Origin: a virus
Taxonomy: Duplodnaviria; Heunggongvirae; Uroviricota; Caudoviricetes
Virus record (IMG/VR): IMGVR_UViG_2740892429_000002
Coordinates: 1-33,887 of that record
Strand: one strand, 5' to 3'
DNA: 33,887 nt
Part shown: one piece after another, positions 8,411 to 16,702 of the stretch
Layout: every line of letters starts with the position of its first letter
Position numbering within the stretch: position 1 is the stretch's first letter
Position numbers and translations under genes: made by a program
Notes under the pieces: model-generated
Told to the model about the DNA's origin: nothing
The model's input: only the letters and a program-made list of their open reading frames with translations
Database searches by the model: none

Positions 8411-8507
8411 GCGTTTATTACATTTCTTTATTGCGCGTTAAGCAAATCAACTTGCGCAAAATATTTGCGTGAAATAATATGCTCATCACGCAATATGTGG
8501 AGGTTAT
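8411..8507. promoter_or_regulatory. OR operators with divergent PRM/PR promoters
   Basis: TTGCGCGTTAAGCAA (8431-8445), near-palindrome CGCAAAATATTTGCG, and TGCGTGA...TCACGCA. Candidate PR -35 TTGCGC (about 8452) and -10 TAATAT (about 8475). No SD precedes the cI ATG. Confidence 0.55.
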
Positions 8508-8768
8508 ATGCAATCACCATTACGGAATGTGCGTAAGGCGCACGGATTTACTTTGCAGCATGTTGCTGCGGGCGTTCAGGTCAATCCAGCGACGCTGAGT
8601 CGTATTGAAAGACTGGAACAAATTCCATCTATCGATCTTGCAGAACGTCTGGCCAATTTTTTTAAGGGTGAAATCAGCGAAATGCAGATTCTTTATCCGG
8701 CACGTTTTCAATCTAGCCAAAACCAGAATGGGTTTAAACCACAGGAACAGGAGGTAAGCCGTGGGTAA
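8508..8768 (+). CDS. cro: Cro-like HTH regulator
   Basis: 86 aa with HTH_XRE motif (LQHVAAGVQVNPATLSRIE), GGAGG RBS, first rightward gene. Confidence 0.75.
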   Translation: MQSPLRNVRKAHGFTLQHVAAGVQVNPATLSRIERLEQIPSIDLAERLANFFKGEISEMQILYPARFQSSQNQNGFKPQEQEVSRG

Positions 8769-9312
8769 GCATCATTGGAAAGTGGAAAAACAACCTGAAT
8801 GGTACGTGAAAGCTGTCAGAAAAACTATCGCGGCATTGCCTGGGGGTTACGCTGAAGCTGCTGACTGGCTGGATGTAACAGAGAACGCTTTATTCAACCG
8901 CCTTCGTGCAGATGGCGATCAGATTTTCCCGCTGGGATGGGCAATGGTTTTACAGCGCGCGGCTGGCACTCACTACATTGCGGATGCTGTCGCACAGTCT
9001 GCTGGTGGGGTGTTCGTATCGCTTCCTGAAATTGAGGAAGTAGAGAACGCCGATATAAACCAGCGCCTGCTGGAAGTCATCGAACAGATCGGGAATTACT
9101 CAAAGCAGATTCGTTCGGCAATCGAAGATGGGGTCGTGGAGCCACACGAGCAGACAGCAATTAATGATGAGTTGTATCTGTCAATTTCGAAGCTCCAGGA
9201 GCATGCAGCACTGGTCTACAAAATCTTCTGCGCTCCAGAAAAGAGTGACGCCCGCGAGTGTGCAGCTCCGGGCGTCGTGGCGTTTTGTGTCTGTGGAGAA
9301 ACTAACGCATGA
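8761..9312 (+). CDS. CII-position regulatory protein (CII/YdaT-like)
   Basis: 183 aa, GTG start after AGGAGG. The position after cro suggests a lysogeny-establishment regulator; family assignment is uncertain. Confidence 0.45.
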   Translation: MGKHHWKVEKQPEWYVKAVRKTIAALPGGYAEAADWLDVTENALFNRLRADGDQIFPLGWAMVLQRAAGTHYIADAVAQSAGGVFVSLPEIEEVENADINQRLLEVIEQIGNYSKQIRSAIEDGVVEPHEQTAINDELYLSISKLQEHAALVYKIFCAPEKSDARECAAPGVVAFCVCGETNA

Positions 9313-9722
9313 ACAGTTTAACGGCAAATAACCGTTTGTCGCAACAGCTGGTGGTCAGTGTCGCTGAACACCTGTTGTTACGGCATGAATGCAGATTACC
9401 AAATCACTTGGCTGTAAGTAACCACAGAGAACTTTACCTGACTGTGGGGGGCGAGTTGTGCAGGAACTTAACCGCTGGTTTCGTGACGGAAGAGGGCTTT
9501 ATGTCCATGTTATTCGTTGGGAGCCAGAAACACAGCGCGTTATCTATCTTCGCAAAGACTACCCGCATGAGTGCTTTAGTCCTTTGTGGAAATTCAGGCG
9601 TGATTTTGTTGAGTGTGAAGGACCACCAGCACATTGATTCTGCCATTCCGGGACGTTACACTGTTCAGGCACCTTATAAAGCGGGTGCCGGGCGTGGAAA
9701 CTCGGAATTCACCAAAGCGCAC

Positions 9723-9746
9723 AACCGCGCTCTTGCGGTTTTTTTG
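9723..9746 (+). terminator. intrinsic terminator in the early-right operon
   Basis: AACCGC-GCTCTT-GCGGTT followed by TTTTTTT. Confidence 0.5.
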
Positions 9747-9914
9747 TGTAATGAGCAGCATTACGCCCAAATTATGGTGGGGCGTGCAGGGCCAACTTCG
9801 GTTGGGCCGGGTTCTTTGGTGACCGGTATTTCCACCCCTGTACGTCTCACCACCAATAAGGTCGTGGAAAGCCTTGGTGGTGAGTTATTAAAAATCACCA
9901 AAGAGGCTGCCATC

Positions 9915-10460
9915 ATGGCTACGATCCCAACCCTCACTCAACCTGAAATTGCCATCGTTGATGGTCAGGCTGTTACTTCATCCCTGGCTGTTGCCAACTT
10001 CTTCTCCAAACGTCATGACGATGTACTGAAAAAGATCCGCACGCTTGAATGCTCTGCATCATTCACTTCCCGCAATTTTTCGGCGAGTGATTACACCGAT
10101 TGCACAGGCCGCAAACTACCTTGCTATCAAATAACCCGCGACGGCTTTGCGTTTCTTGCTATGGGTTTCACGGGTAAACGTGCTGCCCAGTTCAAAGAGG
10201 CATACATCAATGCCTTTAACCAGATGGAGAAACAGCTTTCAAATCCCTCTGTACTGAGCGACGTTGCACATAACGCCAGCGTTCTCTATTCCTACATTTC
10301 ATCAATTCATCAGGTCTGGCTGCAGCAGCTTTATCCTATGTTGGCAAAAGCCGAATCTCCGCTGGCTGTTAGCTTGTATGACTATATTAATGATGCTTCG
10401 GCACTGGCCTGCCTCATAAATTTGTCGCTGAACCCTTCAGAGGTAAGGGGGCGCAAATGA
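9915..10460 (+). CDS. Rha-family phage regulatory protein
   Basis: Internal ATG (AAGAGG upstream) of the long track ORF. The N-terminal motif TSSLAVANFFSKRHDDVLKKIRTL is the Rha signature. Confidence 0.75.
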   Translation: MATIPTLTQPEIAIVDGQAVTSSLAVANFFSKRHDDVLKKIRTLECSASFTSRNFSASDYTDCTGRKLPCYQITRDGFAFLAMGFTGKRAAQFKEAYINAFNQMEKQLSNPSVLSDVAHNASVLYSYISSIHQVWLQQLYPMLAKAESPLAVSLYDYINDASALACLINLSLNPSEVRGRK

Positions 10461-10681
10461 TCCGGAATATTTTCAAACGGTTTACCAATCAGACTTTCCG
10501 TTGTCCTCGTCCGGGTCAGTGGTACACCACACCTGCAGGGCATGTTCTACGTGTTAGCCTGGTTGACCGTGAATGTCAGAAGGTGATTTGTGAACCGCTG
10601 GGCCGTAGTTACCGCGTCAGTATGCCGCTTATAGCCTTTCGCTCCGGAAAAAACATGAAGCATCTCGGAGGTGCTGCATGA
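10457..10681 (+). CDS. hypothetical small protein (74 aa)
   Basis: ATGA-coupled to Rha upstream and to the initiator gene downstream. Confidence 0.45.
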   Translation: MIRNIFKRFTNQTFRCPRPGQWYTTPAGHVLRVSLVDRECQKVICEPLGRSYRVSMPLIAFRSGKNMKHLGGAA

Positions 10682-11496
10682 GTATGGAGCTGATGGTTAA
10701 AGCGATGAAAATTCGAGTGGGTAATCCATTGCGAAAACTGGTTCTGATCAAGCTGGCTGATAATGCCAGCGATCAGGGGGAGTGCTGGCCCAGCTACCAG
10801 CATATTGCTGACCAGTGCGAGATTAGTAAACGTTCTGTGATGAATCATATTGCGGCCCTTTGTGAGTCCGGGCTGGTAAAAAAAGTCACTCGGAAAGGTG
10901 AAAAAGGTAACTCAAGTAATATCTATCTCCTTCATCTGGATGGTGCAGGAGATTCACTAGGGGGTAGTGCAAATAATTCACTATCTGGTGCAGCAAATTC
11001 ACCAGGTAGTGCAGGAGTTGCACCAGGGGGTAGTGCAGGAGATTCACCCAGAACCAGTCACTCTTTTGAACCAGTCAAAGAACCAGTCAATGAACCAATA
11101 GCTGTTGGTGCATCAGTTGATGAGTCCGTGCGAGTTCGTTCAAACCGACCGGAATACTCTCCGGAGTTTGAGCAGGCATGGCTGGCATATCCCAAACGTG
11201 CTGGTGGCAATTCAAAATCTGCAGCCTTCAAAGCCTGGAAAGCCCGTTTGAATGAGGGAGTAAACCCCGAAACCATGCTGGAAGGTGTGAAACGCTACGC
11301 GGGCTGGGTATCTGCGATGGGTAACAGCGGCACACAATTTGTGAAACAGGCTGTCACGTTCTTTGGTCCGGATCGTCATTTCGAAGAATCCTGGGAAGTT
11401 CCTGCGGTATCTGCAGCCAGACGCGAGGACCCGTACTTCAAAGCCAGTTACGACAACGTGGACTACAGCCAGATCCCGGCAGGATTCAGGGGGTGA
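10678..11496 (+). CDS. replication initiator (O-like) with N-terminal HTH and low-complexity linker
   Basis: 272 aa, GGAGGTG RBS. N-terminal wHTH (LADNASDQGECWPSYQHIADQCEISKRSVMNHIAAL); Gly/Ser/Ala linker encoded by DNA iterons; conserved C-terminal domain. Confidence 0.65.
   Translation: MSMELMVKAMKIRVGNPLRKLVLIKLADNASDQGECWPSYQHIADQCEISKRSVMNHIAALCESGLVKKVTRKGEKGNSSNIYLLHLDGAGDSLGGSANNSLSGAANSPGSAGVAPGGSAGDSPRTSHSFEPVKEPVNEPIAVGASVDESVRVRSNRPEYSPEFEQAWLAYPKRAGGNSKSAAFKAWKARLNEGVNPETMLEGVKRYAGWVSAMGNSGTQFVKQAVTFFGPDRHFEESWEVPAVSAARREDPYFKASYDNVDYSQIPAGFRG
10943..11089. repeat. iteron cluster (candidate replication origin) inside the initiator gene
   Basis: GTGCAGGAGATTCAC twice (about 10943 and 11033), GGTAGTGCA three times, and GAACCAGTCA three times in tandem (11051, 11068, 11080). 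Confidence 0.55.
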
Positions 11497-11498
11497 TT

Positions 11499-11987
11499 AT
11501 GAGTCTTTTGAATGAAGTTAAGAAATTCATTGAAGCCCATCCGGGGTGTACTTCCGGAGACATTGCGGATGCTTTTGCAGGTTACTCACGACAGCGCGTT
11601 CTGCAGTCAGCAAGCAAGTTACGTCAGAGTGGGCGTGTGGCTCACCGTTGTGAAGGAGATACACGCAGACATTTCCCGCGCCTGACTGAGAGAGCGCAGG
11701 AGCCGGAACCACAACCAGTTCGTGAAACCAGACCTGTGCGCAATTTCTATGTCGGCACTAACGATCCCCGGGTGATTTTGTGCCTGACCCGCCAGGCTGA
11801 AGAACTGGAGTCTAGGGGCTTATACCGTCGTGCTGCAACGGTGTGGATGGCGGCATTCCGTGAAAGCCACTCCCAGCCAGAACGAAACAATTTTCTGGCG
11901 CGTCGTGAGCAGTGCTTACAGAAAAGCAGCAAGCGCGCAGCATCGGGTGAAGAGTGGTATCTGTCAGGGAATTACGTGGGGGCTTAA
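11499..11987 (+). CDS. PerC-family transcriptional regulator-like protein
   Basis: ATG after GGGGG. C-terminal AEELESRGLYRRAATVWMAAF...RREQCL matches the PerC/Pch pattern. Confidence 0.55.
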   Translation: MSLLNEVKKFIEAHPGCTSGDIADAFAGYSRQRVLQSASKLRQSGRVAHRCEGDTRRHFPRLTERAQEPEPQPVRETRPVRNFYVGTNDPRVILCLTRQAEELESRGLYRRAATVWMAAFRESHSQPERNNFLARREQCLQKSSKRAASGEEWYLSGNYVGA

Positions 11988-12640
11988 TGAGTAATAAATA
12001 TTGTCAGGCACTGGTGGAACTGCGGAACAAACCAGCCCATGAACTGAAGGAAGTGGGCGATCAGTGGCGCACGCCGGACAACATTTTCTGGGGAATTAAC
12101 ACTCTGTTTGGCCCGTTTGTTCTGGATCTGTTTACTGACGGTGATAACGCCAAATGTGCCGCGTATTACACGGCGGAAGATAACGCGCTGGCGCATGACT
12201 GGTCAGAACGTCTTGCGGAGCTTAAAGGTGCTGCCTTTGGTAATCCCCCATACAGCCGCGCCAGTCAGCATGAGGGGCAATACATCACCGGCATGCGTTA
12301 CATCATGAAACATGCCAGTGCCATGCGTGATAAGGGCGGGCGCTATGTTTTCCTGATCAAAGCGGCCACCAGCGAAGTGTGGTGGCCGGAAGATGCAGAC
12401 CATATTGCTTTTATTCGCGGGCGTATTGGTTTTGAACTGCCTGCCTGGTTTATCCCGAAAGACGAGAAGCAGGTGCCGACAGGCGCTTTCTTCGCTGGTG
12501 CTATTGCTGTTTTCGATAAGACCTGGAAGGGACCGGCAATCAGCTACATCGGGCGCGATGAACTTGAGGCATGTGGTGAGGCGTTTCTGGCGCAGGTTCG
12601 CCAGCAGGCGGAAAAACTGGTCAGGGAGATGGCGGCATGA
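11987..12640 (+). CDS. phage Dam-type DNA N6-adenine methyltransferase
   Basis: Start at MSNKYCQ (overlaps the upstream TAA, TAATG). Catalytic FGNPPYS motif. Confidence 0.8.
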   Translation: MSNKYCQALVELRNKPAHELKEVGDQWRTPDNIFWGINTLFGPFVLDLFTDGDNAKCAAYYTAEDNALAHDWSERLAELKGAAFGNPPYSRASQHEGQYITGMRYIMKHASAMRDKGGRYVFLIKAATSEVWWPEDADHIAFIRGRIGFELPAWFIPKDEKQVPTGAFFAGAIAVFDKTWKGPAISYIGRDELEACGEAFLAQVRQQAEKLVREMAA

Positions 12641-12963
12641 CGACGTTAACTCAATGCCAGCAGCAGGTGCTGGATATGCTGATTTCTTACCAGAAAGAAC
12701 GTGGCTTCCCGCCAACTAATCAGGAGGTGGCAACCATGCTGGGATACCGTTCAGTGAATGCAGCGGTGGAGCATCTTCGCGCACTGGAGAAAAAAGGCGT
12801 CATCACGATAAAGCGTGGCGTGGCACGGGGGATAACGCTTCATACCGCGGTGAAGGACGACGACAGCGAGGCAGCCGGGATTATCCGCGCACTGCTTGCC
12901 GGTGAGGAAAACGCCAGACTGCGTGCAGCCCACTGGTTACATGAGAGGGGCCTGAAAGTATGA
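12637..12963 (+). CDS. LexA N-terminal DNA-binding-domain-only protein
   Basis: 108 aa. MTTLTQCQQQVLDMLISYQKERGFPPTNQEVATMLGYRSVNAAVEHLRALEKKGVI parallels the LexA wHTH; there is no S24 peptidase domain. Confidence 0.7.
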   Translation: MTTLTQCQQQVLDMLISYQKERGFPPTNQEVATMLGYRSVNAAVEHLRALEKKGVITIKRGVARGITLHTAVKDDDSEAAGIIRALLAGEENARLRAAHWLHERGLKV

Positions 12964-13349
12964 AGCTGATCCTGCCTTTCCCGCCCAGCGTGAACACGTA
13001 CTGGCGACACCCCAACAAAGGGGCGTTTGCTGGTAAGAGTCTGATAAGCGCAGCGGGGCGCAAATTCCAGAGCGCGGCATGCGCAGCAATAGTTGAGCAG
13101 TTACGTCGTCTGCCGAAACCAACGTCGGCACCTGCTTCAGTGGAGATCGTGTTGTTTCCTCCGGATAACCGGATCCGCGATCTGGACAACTATAACAAGG
13201 CGCTGTTTGACGCCCTGACCCACGCGGGTGTGTGGGAAGACGACAGACAGGTGAAAAGAATGCTGGTGGAGTGGGGACCGGTTATCCCGAAAGGGAAGGT
13301 CGAGATCACTATCAGTAAGTACGAGAAAACGGCGGGTGCAGCCGCCTGA
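12960..13349 (+). CDS. rusA: RusA Holliday-junction resolvase
   Basis: 129 aa with RusA motifs (PPSVNTYWRH, DLDNYNKALFDALTHAGVWEDD). Confidence 0.85.
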   Translation: MKLILPFPPSVNTYWRHPNKGAFAGKSLISAAGRKFQSAACAAIVEQLRRLPKPTSAPASVEIVLFPPDNRIRDLDNYNKALFDALTHAGVWEDDRQVKRMLVEWGPVIPKGKVEITISKYEKTAGAAA

Positions 13350-13368
13350 TCAAGAGGAGAAACGAAGT

Positions 13369-14166
13369 ATGAATAATCTGATGGTCATTGATGGTATTGA
13401 AGTTCGTCGTGATGCTTATGGTCGTTACAGCCTGAACGATTTGCACAGGGCTGCCGGTTCTCTGGATAAGCATAAGCCTGCATTCTGGCTCCGCAATGAG
13501 CAAACTGAACGTTTAATAAGCGAGTTGCAGATTTGCAACTCGGTCAATATAGAGCCAGTTAACGTTATTCGTGGCGGAAATAGCCAGGGGACGTATGTCT
13601 GCAAAGAACTGGTGTATGCCTATGCAATGTGGATCAGCCCGTCATTCCATCTGAAGGTGATCCGTACTTTCGACATGGTAACCAGCGCACCGGAAAAATT
13701 ATCCGGACAGGCTGCTGACAAGATGCAGGCTGGTGTGATCCTGCTGGACTTTATGCGCCGGGAATTAAACCTGTCTAACTCATCAGTGCTTGGAGCCTGT
13801 CAGAAACTCCAGGAGGCTGTTGGCTTACCGAATCTGGCACCGCGCTATGCCATTGATGCTCCTGCTGACGCGCCTGATGGCTCAAGCCGCCCCACGCTGT
13901 CACTGAGTGCACTGCTGAAGCAGTATGGTATCCGCCTGACAGCTAATCAGGCATATCACCAGATGGCGAAGCTGGGGATCGTTGAACAACGTGAACGATA
14001 CAGCCGCACTGCGATTAACAACATCAAAAAATTCTGGTCGCTGACGGCGAAAGGCTGCATGTTCGGCAAGAACATCACCAGTCCCGCAAATCCGCGCGAG
14101 ACGCAGCCGCATTTCTTCGAATCCCGGTTCCCTGAGCTGTTAAAGCTGCTCGATACCGTTCATTGA
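13369..14166 (+). CDS. KilA-N domain protein (anti-repressor-like)
   Basis: Start at MNNLMVIDGIEV with AGGAG RBS. N-terminal KilA-N-like region (GRYSLNDLHRAAG...KPAFWLRNEQT). Confidence 0.65.
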   Translation: MNNLMVIDGIEVRRDAYGRYSLNDLHRAAGSLDKHKPAFWLRNEQTERLISELQICNSVNIEPVNVIRGGNSQGTYVCKELVYAYAMWISPSFHLKVIRTFDMVTSAPEKLSGQAADKMQAGVILLDFMRRELNLSNSSVLGACQKLQEAVGLPNLAPRYAIDAPADAPDGSSRPTLSLSALLKQYGIRLTANQAYHQMAKLGIVEQRERYSRTAINNIKKFWSLTAKGCMFGKNITSPANPRETQPHFFESRFPELLKLLDTVH

Positions 14167-14167
14167 G

Positions 14168-15163
14168 GTGACCGTGAGAGCGCTACTGACCCCTGAAATT
14201 GCCCCGCGTATGGGGATCGTATTGTTCAGGCCCGGTTCAGAGCTGATGCCCCTGTTTATGCAGGGGCGTGTCCTGCTGGAGCCTGAGCCGGAACGTTATT
14301 CATCTTTCGCCAGTGGTGCCGTTCCGGCGGCATCACAACCGCTGGCGGATGATCCTGCCGTTCGGGCCGTGTTCCGCAATGAGGCAGTGATTCGTCGTGC
14401 TGGTGGAGTGGAATGTCTTGAACGCTGGTTACTTCGTGAAAAAGGTTGCCAGTGGCCTCATTCCGACTGGCACAGCGAGAACATGACCACAATGCGACAC
14501 ACGCCGGGCGCAATCCGTCTGTGCTGGCACTGCGATAACCAGCTGCGCGATCAGTTCACGGAACGGCTGGAATCAATGGCAACGGATAACTGTACCCGCT
14601 GGGTGTTGTCTGTTGTGCGTCGGGATCTCGGTTTTGATGACAGTCACGTTGTGACAATGCCGGAACTGTGCTGGTGGCTGATTCGTAATGACCTGGCGGA
14701 TGCCTTACCGGAAAGTGCAGCCCGTAAGGCACTGAGATTACCGAAGCCTGTTGTGCCGTCTGTCACCCGGGAAAGTGACCTTGTGCCTTCGGTTCCTGCC
14801 ACCAGCATCATCCAGGATAAAGCGAAAAAGGTGCTGGCGCTGAAAGTGGATCCAGAGTCGCCGGAGTCTTTTATGTTACGCCCAAAACGTCGCCGCTGGG
14901 TTAATGAAAAGTACACGCGCTGGGTTAAGACACAGCCGTGTGCATGTTGTGGAAAGCCTGCTGATGATCCCCACCACCTGATAGGTCACGGTCAGGGTGG
15001 AATGGGAACAAAAGCGCATGACCTTTTTGTGTTGCCTTTGTGCAGAAAGCATCACGACGAGCTGCATGCGGATACCGTGGCATTTGAAGAGAAGTATGGC
15101 TCCCAACTGGAGCTGATATTTCGTTTTATCGATCGTGCGCTGGCAATTGGCGTGCTGGCCTGA
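14168..15163 (+). CDS. DUF968-type nin-region protein with HNH-like zinc-finger C-terminus
   Basis: 331 aa. C-terminal [28 protein letters not shown]...CRKHHDELH. Start codon uncertain (GTG at 14168 or a downstream ATG). Confidence 0.55.
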   Translation: MTVRALLTPEIAPRMGIVLFRPGSELMPLFMQGRVLLEPEPERYSSFASGAVPAASQPLADDPAVRAVFRNEAVIRRAGGVECLERWLLREKGCQWPHSDWHSENMTTMRHTPGAIRLCWHCDNQLRDQFTERLESMATDNCTRWVLSVVRRDLGFDDSHVVTMPELCWWLIRNDLADALPESAARKALRLPKPVVPSVTRESDLVPSVPATSIIQDKAKKVLALKVDPESPESFMLRPKRRRWVNEKYTRWVKTQPCACCGKPADDPHHLIGHGQGGMGTKAHDLFVLPLCRKHHDELHADTVAFEEKYGSQLELIFRFIDRALAIGVLA

Positions 15164-15180
15164 TTTTGTGGAGAAAGTTG

Positions 15181-15546
15181 ATGCGTGATATTCAAATGGT
15201 TCTTGAACGTTGGGGGGCATGGGTGGCAAATAATCACGAGGATGTCACCTGGTCGTCTATTGCTGCAGGATTTAAAGGACTAATCCCTTCAAAAGTAAAA
15301 TCCCGCCCGCAATGTTGTGACGATGACGCGATGATCATTTGTGGGTGCATGGCTCGCCTGAAAAAGAACAACAGCGATTTGCACGATTTATTAGTGGATT
15401 ATTATGTAGGTGGTATGACGTTTATGGCGCTTGCCCGTAAACATGGGCGTTCTGATTGCTGGGTTGGGCGTTTATTGCAAAAGGCTGAAGGTGTAGTTGA
15501 TGGCATGTTAATGATGTTAGAAATTGAGCTAGAGATGGATCGTTAG
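15181..15546 (+). CDS. Q: late-gene antiterminator Q
   Basis: ATG after [43 protein letters not shown] matches the Q family of phage 82/DLP12 (QuuD-like) as I recall it. Confidence 0.75.
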   Translation: MRDIQMVLERWGAWVANNHEDVTWSSIAAGFKGLIPSKVKSRPQCCDDDAMIICGCMARLKKNNSDLHDLLVDYYVGGMTFMALARKHGRSDCWVGRLLQKAEGVVDGMLMMLEIELEMDR

Positions 15547-15588
15547 AAGACCTCTTATTGAGGGGGTAATTGAATCAGTTTAATGTGT

Positions 15589-15620
15589 GGGGAGTCGATT
15601 TATTCTCCCCATTTTATTTA
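15589..15620 (+). terminator. intrinsic terminator downstream of Q
   Basis: GGGGAG-N10-CTCCCC followed by ATTTTATTTA. Confidence 0.5.
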
Positions 15621-15630
15621 ATTAGTTTAC

Positions 15631-16077
15631 TTAAGGTTTTAATTCATCAAGACGTTGTTGGATAGTGTTTTTGCTTGCGTTGTCTGTTATAGCCATTTGT
15701 TGTACTTGCCCCATTGCCATTTGAGTTTCCATCCACATATCGGCCCACACTTTTGTATCGTTATTAACTTGAGCGATAGTAAATCTGACTTTTGATACCG
15801 GGGTTGTTGAATAGGCATTTCCGATTAACATTTGTCCAAAAAAAGCAGAGCCGCCTTCCAGTTCTTTACCACATATAACACTGCTGTTATCCGCGTTGTA
15901 AATTATCAACCCTCTACTATTGCAGTAATTCACAAGGGCATCTTTGACTTTATCTTTTGTCGTATTTTGATAAACCCCCTCAGGTTTTCCTGATTGAGTT
16001 TTCTTTATCAATGGTACGGAAGAAGTACAACCTGAAATGATAGTTGCGCTAAGTAATAGTACAGTCATTTTATTCAT
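15631..16077 (-). CDS. lipoprotein of unknown function (moron, opposite strand)
   Basis: 148 aa with signal peptide and lipobox (LLLSATIISGC). Markedly AT-rich relative to its neighbours; transcribed against the flanking phage genes. Confidence 0.7.
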   Translation of the reverse strand: MNKMTVLLLSATIISGCTSSVPLIKKTQSGKPEGVYQNTTKDKVKDALVNYCNSRGLIIYNADNSSVICGKELEGGSAFFGQMLIGNAYSTTPVSKVRFTIAQVNNDTKVWADMWMETQMAMGQVQQMAITDNASKNTIQQRLDELKP

Positions 16078-16142
16078 GTTTCTTATCCATTGCTAAGGGT
16101 ATACCCACACAATTATTTTTATTGGAGATGAATAATCAACCG

Positions 16143-16170
16143 TTTACAATCGTAAAAAATCAAATATGCT
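16143..16170 (+). promoter_or_regulatory. candidate late promoter (PR'-like)
   Basis: TTTACA, 16-bp spacer, TATGCT, about 50 nt upstream of a terminator, giving a short 6S-like arrangement. Weak evidence. Confidence 0.25.
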
Positions 16171-16200
16171 GTTAAGAGTGGTTACTTCGCCACACAACTT

Positions 16201-16226
16201 AAACCCGCCGCTGAGCGGTTTTTTTT
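16201..16226 (+). terminator. intrinsic terminator (candidate tR')
   Basis: AAACCCGC-CGCTGA-GCGG stem followed by TTTTTTTT. Confidence 0.5.
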
Positions 16227-16324
16227 GTACCTGTAAACTTGGTGCAGTACAGTAAACACGCTGGTGGTCGTGAATACTGACTTTTTATCTTGCTGGCTTT
16301 TTAGACAAGAGTTATTGGTATGTC

Positions 16325-16552
16325 ATGTTAACCAGAAGGGAAAAAGACATGCTAAAACAGCAAGATATGACAGAAACCGCCGCCGCAGTCCTTCATTTCT
16401 TACCTGCTGACAAGTGGGTAACGCCACGCATGATGACGAGAACTACCGGAGTAAGCGAAGCCCGGTGCCAGTTAATACTGACTCAGTTAGTTCTGGCGGG
16501 TCTGGCGAAGGATAACGGCGGGTACGGGAATAAATTCAGACGCTGCCAGTAA
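16325..16552 (+). CDS. small putative winged-helix protein (75 aa)
   Basis: ORF just upstream of the methyltransferase; no strong SD. Helix-rich segment TGVSEARCQLILTQLVLAGL. Confidence 0.4.
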   Translation: MLTRREKDMLKQQDMTETAAAVLHFLPADKWVTPRMMTRTTGVSEARCQLILTQLVLAGLAKDNGGYGNKFRRCQ

Positions 16553-16702
16553 TGGCGGTTTCCTGCTGTGAAAATGGGCGGCTGGTGGGTGTTGGTAGCA
16601 CCTGCCAGCCATTCGCTCATGCTTACTGGTCACAAGCGAACCACGGCCCACTGCTTTAGCGCAAAAGCAGAGTGAGCCTACCAGAGTTACGCTTACTGAT
16701 CC

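Noticed and set aside
9309-10460. A single 383-aa protein spanning the cII-Rha gap
   Set aside because: It contains an intrinsic terminator and a tetraloop hairpin, and its N-terminal half is unprotein-like; the Rha signature begins at an internal ATG with its own RBS.
15547-15630. PR'/qut placed directly after Q
   Set aside because: A candidate -35/-10 exists, but the transcript would start inside the terminator hairpin; the hairpin is more simply the terminator of the Q transcript, with the late promoter more likely at about 16143.
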